A stretch of DNA of 50,852 nucleotides from Gonapodya sp. JEL0774 (taxonomy: Eukaryota): positions 1-50,852 of the forward strand of contig JADIIX010000149.1 in NCBI GenBank assembly GCA_027604505.1, in the 5' to 3' direction. Position numbers and translations under genes: made by a program. Numbering within the stretch: position 1 is the stretch's first letter; the number at the start of each line of letters is the position of its first letter. A model generated the notes under the pieces. It ran no database searches. It was not told the DNA's origin and saw only the letters and a program-made list of their open reading frames with translations. Below, one piece after another: positions 38,411-49,036 of this stretch.

Positions 38411-40639
38411 CTACTTTGACAATCGTGCGATCAAGAAACCTGCGATGCCCGCGATTAATGCGATTCCGGCCCCAGTTGCTACTTGCGAAGATTTGAGTCC
38501 GAAGGGCAAGCTGGAAGTGGGCTGCTCCTCCCAATCTCTGATCTGTTTCGTCTTGTAGTACGTGCCTCGTTGTTGAATCATGGGGAGATATCTGGGTCAC
38601 AAGTTTCAGATCAGCTATCCATCCCGACAAAGTTTGGGCTGTCCGCAACTCACTTTCTGTTGTACTTGTATTCCCCGCTCTTGAGGGGAGCCTTAAGTTT
38701 TACCTCCTCCAACAGAACGTGGGCATTTGTGCCACCTGCGCCAAACGAATTGACTCCTCCCCTGAGCGGGAACGGTCGATCGTTCAGAGAATAAGAGGCA
38801 CCAGCAGGAATGACAACCTTTGAGGCATCGATTCTGGCGTCGGGTCGGAGCTCGTGAAAGTGGATGTTGGGAGGCACTTCACGGTGTTGGAGTACGAGAA
38901 TGGTCTTGATGAGACCAGTGATGCCAGCGGCGCCTTCCGAGTGGCCTGTGAATTAGAGCAGAAAGCACGGTTACATCATGAACGCAAACTAACGCGTGCG
39001 ATTTCAGGTGTTTCCTCATTGAACTCACCGTACATGCTTTTCACAGCACCAAGAACAAGGGGCCGTGCGCGCTCCTGTTTCTCGATATACACTTCCTGCA
39101 CAGTCTGAAGCTCCTTACGGTCACCTGATTTTGTTCCAGTAGCGTGACTGAGAATATTGGATGAGACAAGTCAAGTGAATGCCCGCCAATTTGCATCGTT
39201 GAAGCCCATTCAACTTACGCCTCAAGGTAATCTACGTCTTTGGGAGTGAGTTTCGCGCGCTCAAGTGCATCCTTGATAACCTTACCCTGACCATCGACCT
39301 GGAGAAGGCGGAGAAAAAGAACTTCGTGAGCAGCGGCAATCGGACTCGCACTGAACAAGCCCAAACCCACGGATGGTGCTGCAATGTTCCTCGACAAACC
39401 GTTGTGGCCAGCGCCCGTTCCTCTAATGAGACAAACAACGTTGTCTCCATCTCTCTCCGCGTCCGATAGACGCTTGAGCATGATTGCACCACATCCCTCG
39501 CCACGCATGTATCCATTCGCCTTGCTGTCGAAAGCCTTGATGCAGAAGTCTGGAGACAGCACGCCAAGGTTCCACAATGCGGTGTAAGCAGACTACCAGG
39601 ATACAGGTTCCGAGTTAAGAATTTTGGACATAGTCGCGGTCACGGTGAAACAACATACCGGGTTGGTAACGACATTGACGCCAGAGGCAATGGCCGCGTC
39701 ACAATCGCCAAGGAGAAGAGCTTCACACGCCACGTGGACGGAAGCTATTGATCAAGGTGTGTGTTCAGTGAATGTGTGAGGGACACTAATGAGGTTAGCC
39801 TGAAGATATTCCTTACTGAGCGACGCGGAACAGGCGGTGTCTATGTTTATGGACGGGCCCTTGATACCAAGGCAGTGCGAGATGCGGTTTGCAGTGCCGA
39901 ATGGCAAAAAGCCGACAAGGGAGTAAGGGGAGACTTCGTTCTGGAGTCCAAGGGAGCTACCGTCGGCATGAGCAATACCGATGAAGACGCCGACGTCATC
40001 CTTGCCCTTAAGGGCCTTGCGTTCTGTTTCGTCCCAGTAGCCACAGTTCCGCATGAGCTCCGCGCAAACCTCAATGCCCACGCGTTGGTGAGCCTCCATG
40101 TCCAGAACCTCCTTGTCACTCAAGTGAAAGTACTCCGAGTCGAACTTGTCGACATCAGGAATGTAGACTCCACGAATCGGTGCTTTTTCTGTAATTTTGG
40201 TGTTCCACCGCTCGTTCGGGGGACCGGTTCTGTTTGCCAAAGGAAATGTGTTACCTCGCAGTTGTCGCCATCATCATGAAGCAGATAAAGCCGCGCTCAC
40301 CGAATATCCTTGCCCGCAGAAAGCACTTTCCAGAATTTCTCCGCGTTGTCAGCACCACCTGGAAATCGGCAGGCCTTGGAGGATGAGGTGAGTCGGTTCA
40401 TAAGCAATTGCATCCGAATGGGCACAACAGGAAGGGAAACCCCAAACGGACGGCCCTCCGGAGAGTTTGTTTCCTAGCAACATCTAGTAATCAGGCTAGA
40501 ATTCCCGCAAGTTGGCCTTCACCGAACAACAACAGCACGTTGCTGCAAGGAGACTTTTGGGGGCGGCAATTATACACATCCTGCCTCCATGTGTACTCAC
40601 GACTCCGACGATTGCGATTGGCTCGTCCCAAGATTTCAT
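38411..40639 (-). CDS. Stand-alone type I PKS/FAS-like ketosynthase (KS) with predicted C-terminal tail anchor, multi-exon
   Basis: [50 protein letters not shown] (Cys), [22 protein letters not shown] (His), [12 protein letters not shown] (His), [14 protein letters not shown]. Last exon 38411-38591 ends [23 protein letters not shown]. Confidence 0.93.
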
Positions 40640-41143
40640 CTTATAATAACAGGATTTGAACGGTAAGATGAGACGATAACGAATTCCAGTGAATGAAAAC
40701 TTGGAATGGGCATTCGGGACAAGAACGATTCACACATGGACCCATGCTGTGCCACACTCAATGGTACCCGCAGCTGCGACCGCAAGTTCCCCACTATTCA
40801 GACGAGATGCAGCGAACAAAAAAATGAAAAAAAAATGGTGTTTGTAAACGAGTATGAAATGAAATTGTTGCGAGACTACCCCTCAGAGATACGGTTGTTG
40901 GCCGATGAAAGTATGTTGTTGCAACAAGGTTCGTCAGTGGACTTCGCGTTGGTGCTTCTGCCCACTCGAGGGCGAAATCCACGAATCCCCAATTTCAAAT
41001 TATGGTGATGTAATGACAACAAGAGATAACGGGCGGACTAGGGGTCAGGTGGTGTTAGTCTCTCAGGGCCGAAACACTCACACTTTAGAATTGGAACGCG
41101 TTCGACCAGAAAATCCCCTTCCTTCTCTCGCTCGTGGGAAAAC

Positions 41144-42659
41144 ATGCTTACGGGCAAGCCTCGGGGGATATCCCCTCCTCCGAAGCGGCTTCCTATCTCA
41201 GTCCAACCGAAACCGACGACAAAGACGGTTCCAACGACGAGAGTCCAACTTCAACATCCCTCCCCGTTGACTCTACGCACGGCGAGATTGTCCGATGCGT
41301 CACCGGAGCTGGGCGAGGATGAACTCTCTCTCTCGACAAGTACAATGAGGGCTTCCCGCACGCACACACCTCTCTCTCGCCGTTCGCCGTCTCCAGCGAC
41401 TAGCAAAGTTCCCCAATCGTCGTCTGGACTCAGCTTGGGAGGTTTAGAATCGAAAACTGTCTACGGGGATGCCGCATTACATCAGGTGCACCAGGTATGG
41501 TGCCCGTCAACCCAGTTGATCGGGAAGCTGCCAAATGTATGAATGAATGAATCCCTCCAACCAGACCATTTTAAACCTCCGGAGGGAAAATGCGGAGCTG
41601 AAAGGCTTATTGCAGGGCTCGCAGGATACATGCGGAAAGTTGAAAGCCGAGGTTGGTGGAATTTCACGTCGGTCTCGTGAGAACAATGGTAGCCCAATCA
41701 CCATCCAACTCATTTCTCAGAATTCCAACCTCTATCAGCAGCTAACGGATAGCCGAGATTCGCTCCGAGTCAAAACTGCACTCCTGCAGACACTAGAGAC
41801 GCGTATCAAGGATTTGGAACGGGAATTAACAAGGGCTCGCTCACAAAAGGGCTCAGCTGCGGCTCCCAACGACTCAAAGAAAACTTTACATGTCGACGAG
41901 ATGGATTCTATTCTCTCAAAGTCCATGTCCGCCGCCATTCCGTCCAAAACAAGGGGAAGTGCGTCAAACACCACACCGCTCTCGACACGAGCGGCAACTC
42001 TGGAAAGGGTGACGTCTCTCGCATCCACTTTGAGGCCATCTTCCCCGGACAATCGAGTACGAAAACCCATGCTCTATACTCCCCCGATGGTTGATGTTCG
42101 GAAAGAGAAGGGTAGAAGAACACCAACAACATCGGAGAGTGGATTAACACAGCTGATCGAAGGCAGTGACTCGGAACTGAACCTCGATTCTTCGTTCCGC
42201 ATTGAAGATCCGATCACTGAGCAAGAGTGGGAGCTCTCCTCCAATCGCTCCAGCAAGCTCTTTCGAGCGTTCCTGAACCAAACCGCAGGGGCGGGCACCA
42301 TTCTCGACGAAACTCAGAGCAACCAGTCCACCGAGATGAGCGACTTTGAAATACCCGGTGTGCTTTATCGCTCTGCACCTGCAATGACAAATTCGTATCA
42401 TCGAGAAGTAGATGAAAACGTGACTACACATCCAAACTCAAGCGCTGTGGATTCATCCTACGTCACTCAATCAAGAATCAGTCGAATAGTAATGGGGTCC
42501 GGGTACGGTTCCTCTACTGTTTTGAATGGTGTTGATTCCGCCGCCCCGCTCCCACCGCGTCACCGTGCGTCGATGGGGGATTTCAACATTCCGGAGGTCA
42601 AGTCTCGGGGGGCCCCGGACTTCCGAGCGTCGATTTCCATCGGCGACAGAAAGGTTTAG
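41144..42659 (+). CDS. Hypothetical Ser/Thr/Pro-rich protein with a central coiled coil, two exons
   Basis: ORF 41144 joins ORF 41547-42659 in frame through a gtatgg...accag intron (about 41494-41564). Heptad region TILNLRRENAELKGLL...LQTLETRIKDLERELTRARS. Confidence 0.65.
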
Positions 42660-42796
42660 AGCGTTTTACAACCCCCCATTTTGCTGAAACGATATCAGGG
42701 ACAAGCTTCACATTCCGTACAGAGTTCGAACAGGTTCACAACCAACATGTAAAAAAATTTCATATACATTTATCACATGAGATTATGGTCTGCCGC

Positions 42797-43691
42797 TCAA
42801 GATCTTTTCCGCAAACCCTCCAGTGCCAGTTCCTCTCCTCTAATGGAAGATCCTCCACTCGAATTTGCTCTCGGCAAAGGCGTCTCCTTCACCGCCGTCA
42901 CCTCCTCTCGCGTGGGTACATCCACCTTTGCAGCCCTCTGTGCTACCTTCAGCTTCGCTTCCAGTTCTCCTGTTGTTTGAAGGTATCGAAGCATGAGGCT
43001 GTAATAGCGGTTGGTAGCATAGAACATGAGAAGGGTGGAGCTTCGTGTAGAAGAGTTTCAATTGTTTGGAAGGAACGGAAACTCAGGGTTCAAGTACTCC
43101 ACTGGACTGAGCAGAAAGAGCACCCACCCAGTTAGGTAAAGGTTCCTCTGGGCGAAAAACTTCTTCGCGTTAATGGCCTGTTCATTGGACTGTTGTCCGT
43201 GAAAGTCCGTGACCTTTCCCGGAGGGTTGAGCACGGCGCGGTTCATGGCGTCTTTCGCGGGCAGTGCGAGGCAAACGGCAGTGAATCCTTGGTGAGAACT
43301 CAAATTGAAACGCAAGGGTAGCGGGAGAATCCATCTTACCGAAAAAGAGAATCAGAATGAGAAATCCGATGACCATGATGATTGTTCGGATGGGTTGGAA
43401 TGCAGGTGAAGATGATACATAGTTGATGACTTGGGCTTTTCTGTGCATCCGCATCAAGAGGCAGGGGAATGTAAGACACATCACAGCTTGTTGATATTCA
43501 TTGATTGTTGTAGATCCTCACTGCTTGTGCCCGAATGGTAAAGAGAGCAGGACAAAGGCAACGATCTCCACAGCTTGTGGAGGAAACACACTGTCAGATC
43601 AACAGGACCAAGCCATTCACATGGACACGTTCACAAAAAGAGACACGAACTAACCTAGACAAACGAATGCCAGAGTGTATTGGACCGACAT
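42797..43691 (-). CDS. BAP29/BAP31 (Yet-family) ER membrane protein, multi-exon
   Basis: MSVQYTLAFVCL|...AVEIVAFVLLSLPF, IGFLILILF, the family motif KKFFAQRNLYLTGWVLFL, and a dibasic C-terminus LRKRS*. Confidence 0.88.
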
Positions 43692-44018
43692 GACTCGAAT
43701 CGGGTTGATGATGGTTGTTTTGGTTGTTGGAAGTGGTGGAACCTCAGAGAATCGTTCAAGTTCAATTGTTCGGTTTCGAGCGGAAGCGGGGGGTTGACTT
43801 GAAATGGAAGTACTGATAAAGGAGAGTTCCGGCAAATTGAGTGGCGAAACTTGGTGAATGCCAGCAACCGTATGACAAAAGTGACGAGTGTTTGTCAAGG
43901 GTCCCCGTTGAGGTTCCACGCAACCAGGTCCGCGAATGATTTCCCGCGCTATTATACTTTTTACAACACGCACATCCAAAGGACTCATTATATAACGGCA
44001 GTTACAGTAATGTAAAAT

Positions 44019-44589
44019 TCATTTCCACGGCACCCAAGACCATGTTCGGCTTCCGACTGTGCCGCCAGCTTAAAGAGGAAAGCCAACATAGGAAACAATT
44101 GACAGTTGAGCACGTCGTTTGAACGAATTGTTAGATTTGGTGGAGTCATCCCTTCCTATCCGTGAAACACACACCTGAAGCTCCATTTGCACTTCCCCCG
44201 GGATCCCGTTGCTCAACCTCCGCTTCCAGCTTAGATTTCTCCAGTCGTGCTTCTTTCAGCCGATTTTCAAGCTCCGCTATCCTTCCTCCGAGCTTCAGCT
44301 TCTCCTCCTCGGTATCCCAAATTGTGTAAACATACTCCAGACCGAGTACTGTCAAGCTGGTCCAGAGAAAGAAATTGATGATGGGGTAGCCATACCTCTG
44401 CCTCCATGACAGAGGTTTTAGTCGGTCGTTAGTTGAGGAAGGAGGTGGGGGGATCGCAAAACTATTGAGTGAACGAATTGTACATGGTTGCTGATGTGGC
44501 AACCCGGTGGCAAGCCATCGCAGAGCTTCCCGTGGAGCAATTCCGTGAAAACAAGAAGATGTGTATCGTCGCGAGAGCGTGGGAAACAT
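44019..44589 (-). CDS. Small mitochondrial single-TM coiled-coil protein, Ina17-like
   Basis: Arg-rich presequence-like start, YGYPIINFFLWTSLTVLGLEYVYTIW (TM), and a coiled coil GRIAELENRLKEARLEK. A probable last exon after an intron (about 44069-44173) gives GGTVGSRTWSWVPWK*. The Ina17 assignment is from recalled architecture only. Confidence 0.55.
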
Positions 44590-44732
44590 TGGTTGCTCAA
44601 ATTTTACGATGCTGGGATCTCAATTTAGTTCGTCCAAATGACGCACCAAAGATCATATCATGACCCCCGACACATGAAGGAGGCAGGTGACGCCCATTCA
44701 AGACGGACCCACCCCAAAAAACGACCAGCCCA

Positions 44733-46915
44733 ATGTCAGAAAATACGACGAATACGCTTCCCTCGCTTGCTAGTGCATCTTCAAGCTCTCGCAGCCAAGC
44801 GCCCTCTCCCGTGGCATCTTCCTCAACATCCTCGAAGCGAATAGCGTCCATTCAGAGGGCCAAGGAACGCCGTGAATCCCGCAAAGTGCGCAAATTTCTC
44901 AACAAATCAGGTTTTCGGGGTCTCTCTGAGGAGTTTGTGCAGGGGCTGTTGGACAGGTCTGAAGTGGAGTATTGCGACAGAGATGCCCTGTTGAACCTTT
45001 CCCCTTCAGAACTACATCGTTGGTACATGGAGTTGGCACAAGAAATCAATTTCAGTGGGAAGGAACGACTAGTAGGCCCCTACTCGCAATGGGATGGACA
45101 GGAAACCACCTTCGAGGCCTCACCAACTTCAAGCACGGTATCACACGACTGGAATGCCAAGGGAAAAGGACGCTTTCCAACCCGCTCTGAAAGCAGCTCC
45201 TCCGAAGAGGATGACCATTCCTCTTGCCAAATCGACGACGATGTCCCCATTCTCGAACACTACCTGAGTCTCTCAGGTCATGAAGAAGACTGCTGGCAGG
45301 ATATCACCGACGGACCGTTTGTTGGCGAGTCTCTGTTAGATGCAGACATAGGATTGAGGCACCATCTTGGAAGCATCCACCGGTCACGCAGTGCGGCCGA
45401 AATATGCCGCAAGTGGAGCCCAGGAATTGACAGAGATCGTGCCAGCGGTGGTTCCGATGCATCCAGCGTGTACGAACAGGACACGAACAGGCCATCGTTC
45501 CGCCTTCGTCGTATGAAGAAGCAATACTTTAGTCGCCGCCGGGGCTCCAGTGTGGGCGATATTTCATCGTCAGTGGGCACCGAGTACGACATCGGCATGT
45601 CCTTGCCTCGGTCCACAAGCGGACAATCCGTCCTCCGTGCCGTCCCTACCAGTCGCAACATCAATTCTACTTTCCGAAAGTTACCCAAACCCTCTTCATC
45701 CTCCGTGCCCTCATCATCCTCATCATCATCGTCCCACTTCTCCTTCCCACCTGCTTCCGACCTCGCGTGCCGGATTTGTCTCTCGGACGACGACCCGCAG
45801 GTGCTCATATCCCCCTGTGCGTGCACTGGCTCTGCACGATGGGTGCACAAGGACTGTTTGATGAGGTGGCGGAAGAGCAGTCCCAATGCCATGTCGAAAG
45901 TGCAGTGCGAAGTGTGTTTGAGCTTCTATACGAGGAAGAAGTATTGCGGGTTAAATATGGGTGAGTGAATGGTTGCGGTGGGAAGGTGGTTTGGCTTCCT
46001 TCCGTTTGTGTAGTTTTGAGTTCATGTGTCCGTCCTCCGTTCGTCCACCAAACTATCCCAGCCTCTGCCAAGTTCCTCGTCTACCTCTCCCTCTTCGCGT
46101 ACTACATCATACTTACCTTCGGCCTCTCCATACTTTCCCGTATGATCTTCTCTGCCCTCGCCGTTGAAGAACTCCTTCCTCCTCGTCCTGACACAGCCTC
46201 CGGTCCACCCGATTTCCCTCCGGACTGGACCGAAGTGGAACGCGTGGCTCCCAGACCCATCATCCCGGGTACTGCGATCGCTTCCTTGTTATCAGTGGCG
46301 CCGCCCGTGGGGATTTTGGTCACGTCGATGTTCTCCAATCCCCTAATGATTGTGGTCGGATCGCTCCTGGACCTGGCTTCCCGCGTCATCAATGGATTCA
46401 TGCTCCTCGCCACCGTTCTCGCCTATATCTTCCTCACCGTTTTCCGTCTCGTTCAGCAGCTGCGATTGCGTTATGACGCGCTGCTGTTCAGTGTGTTTGT
46501 ACTTGGGGGGTTCAATCGGTTTGGAGATAGGACAGTGTTTTTCCGGTTCACGTCGGCTCTTGCGGCGTTTTCTTTTCTGGGATTAAACTACCCGATGTTT
46601 CAGATGCTTGGGGATTACTTGTAAGTCGGGTCGGTCGCGATGTTCTATCCTGAGGTGCAAGTGCTGACTGGCTACTGTCGGCAACTTCACAGGTGGGCCA
46701 CTGCGGTCTTTTCTGGTCTTCCGCAACTGTGGAGAGACACGGAGAGAAAGGCCAGGTGAGGACAGCGATCAAGTCGCACTGTGATCCTCACCACTAATCA
46801 TTGAATAATCGGCTTTGATTTCTTGCATTCCCTCACGTGAATGCTCAGAGTACTTGCCCCTCGCCTGCTTGTCCTTCTCGTAGACCTTGGTGGAGATGAC
46901 GACGGGGACTTATAA
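44733..46915 (+). CDS. RING-CH (RINGv, MARCH-type) membrane E3 ubiquitin ligase, multi-exon
   Basis: C4HC3 motif CRICLSDDDPQVLISPCACTGSARWVHKDCLMRW...CEVC followed by several hydrophobic helices. The 3' exons are tentative (…LVDLGGDDDGDL*). Confidence 0.85.
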
Positions 46916-47313
46916 AATCGGGATGGAATTACAACACCATCAATATCCCTCGGGAACGCAACTGCACCGCGAATGCGAGTTGCAATTTATCAGAGTAGCA
47001 TGGGTAGGGGAAACAGTTGTCGCAACTTTGTTGCTCGTCTGTTGTTTCTGTTTCGTGTTGGACCAGGAGTTTCCACGTGAAAGTTATATGTTTTCAAAAT
47101 GCCTGTCGAGTCCGGACATAAGGCCCCCGGTATAGCTTTACATAATTGCATCTTTGTTCTTTGCTTGAATTGAAGTTTGATAATACGGTAATCACCACTG
47201 TTGAATGTTCCAAATTTAAAGCTCCCTTGTCCACCGCAGACGGCCCACCAGCGACCAAAGCCAGTCTGTGGAAATTGCGCTTCTCTTCCCTGTTCCAGTG
47301 ATTCGACCCAGTC

Positions 47314-47939
47314 ATGATTATTCCTGTGGCAAGTTTCACGTCCTACTACAATCATTCAATCTTGAACTGGAGCTTACGCCCGTGTTGTCGCTTCTCCCGC
47401 TTACGATCCCAAACTCGCTCTTGTGTTTCTTGGGCCTCCCTAGCGTTGCTTTTCTTGCGGAAAAGGTGACCCTCCTTAACTTGCTGATCTATAAATCTTC
47501 ATCTCCGCCTCACGTTGAACTCTCATGCCGACCTACTCCGTCTTTTGTCATTCTTCGGGCATCTGTTCTTCACTGCTTCTGTACGATAACCTTCCCTCCT
47601 TCCGCAGTTATTGGAAACAAGTGGGAGCGATACCTGCGGCTGCTGAAAGAAGATTACAGCGAAGGGTGAGTGGTCGAGTTGGTATTCGAATCTCCTCACC
47701 AGTCGTTCACCGGCACCACCCGGACATAACTACATACCTTCAACTTCCCTCTTCTTTCACACTCGTGTGCAACCTAACCATCTCGGGTCTGCATGGCTCT
47801 CTAAACCCAATGAATTCCTGCCTCGCACCCCAGCCAAGCACTGGACGCACTCGACTTGAAACGCTACTGCTGCCGGCGCATGGTCCTAACGCACGTGGAT
47901 TTGATTGAGAAGTTGTTATATTATAGCAACAAGTTCTGA
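47314..47939 (+). CDS. RPB10: RNA polymerases I/II/III shared subunit Rpb10, four exons
   Basis: [62 protein letters not shown]. Exons 47314-47328, 47444-47465, 47608-47665 and 47834-47939. The first intron is GC-AG. Confidence 0.97.
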
Positions 47940-49036
47940 ATGTCGGGGTTTTATTGGGTTTCGTGGCCCATTGAAAACTATTTCCGGCTTTGCCAGTATC
48001 AGCTCGAGATCCGGGGACGTTTCTAATTTTTGGGGGCTGAACTGATTGATGGGGACACAGATTCGGGACTTTTGTTCAGCATTGCTACATTTCGCATTTA
48101 GAAGTCGGGTCAGTGCAGTCGAATGAAGTGATGCTTCGCTGCGTGTAAAATATTCGACGTGTAAAGTTGAAAAGAATAATCATGAGATTGGAACCCAACG
48201 TCTGGAGTACCGGGCTTATTCAATGCCCCTGTAGCTGGACTGTTTTAGGACTTGTCCCGGACTCTCAAAGAAATATTTCCAATGCAAGGCCGGAGTACTG
48301 CTGGAGTATACCTTGATGGTTCGCAGACATAGGGTTCAACCGTACTTGGCGGTGCAGAGGATGACCCTATCCACTGTTCTGAACGCGGTCAGTGCACGTC
48401 GTCCATCTCACCCATCAACCCCAACACTCCAAAACACATCTTTGTAAAATGGAGCGGTGTCCTTGGTAGTGGGAACCAGTATGATCGCTGTGATCTTTGA
48501 CTGCGTCTTCTTTCACGAGGTCTCTCCAGACGTAGCTTGCTTTTGCTAGAGCTCTCATGAATCATGATCTGTCAAGATCTGAGATACCATTCCTGTGTCC
48601 GTTTTCAGTATTATTGCATCCATGAAGAAAGTCGTCGTGTATGTATCAAAAGTGTAGTTTGTGGCGTCCTTAGCGGAGAGCTAACGCAGCGCATACGTTA
48701 CAAATTTTTAGAGATACCATCACTGGACAAGTCAAAGAATAAGCATAAAGCCATAAGAATGATGTACGCAAAGCATAAGTCGATGTGGAGTTGAAGTTCT
48801 CGCATAACTTACTCCTGACGCTGACCACTACGGGCGACATCACTGCCTAGCATTTTGAACAAAGGCATCTACTTTAGTACATATTACTTGCATTGGACTT
48901 TTATTCTTGCCGGTGGAACTCGTTACCTGCGAGTTGCGACTCCCGTTCGTCACCACTGAAAGTTCTGCCGTGGTGGTCCCGCACCACTTCATAATCCCAC
49001 TTCCTGTCCCACCATTTCCACTTTTCCCTCCCGCCC

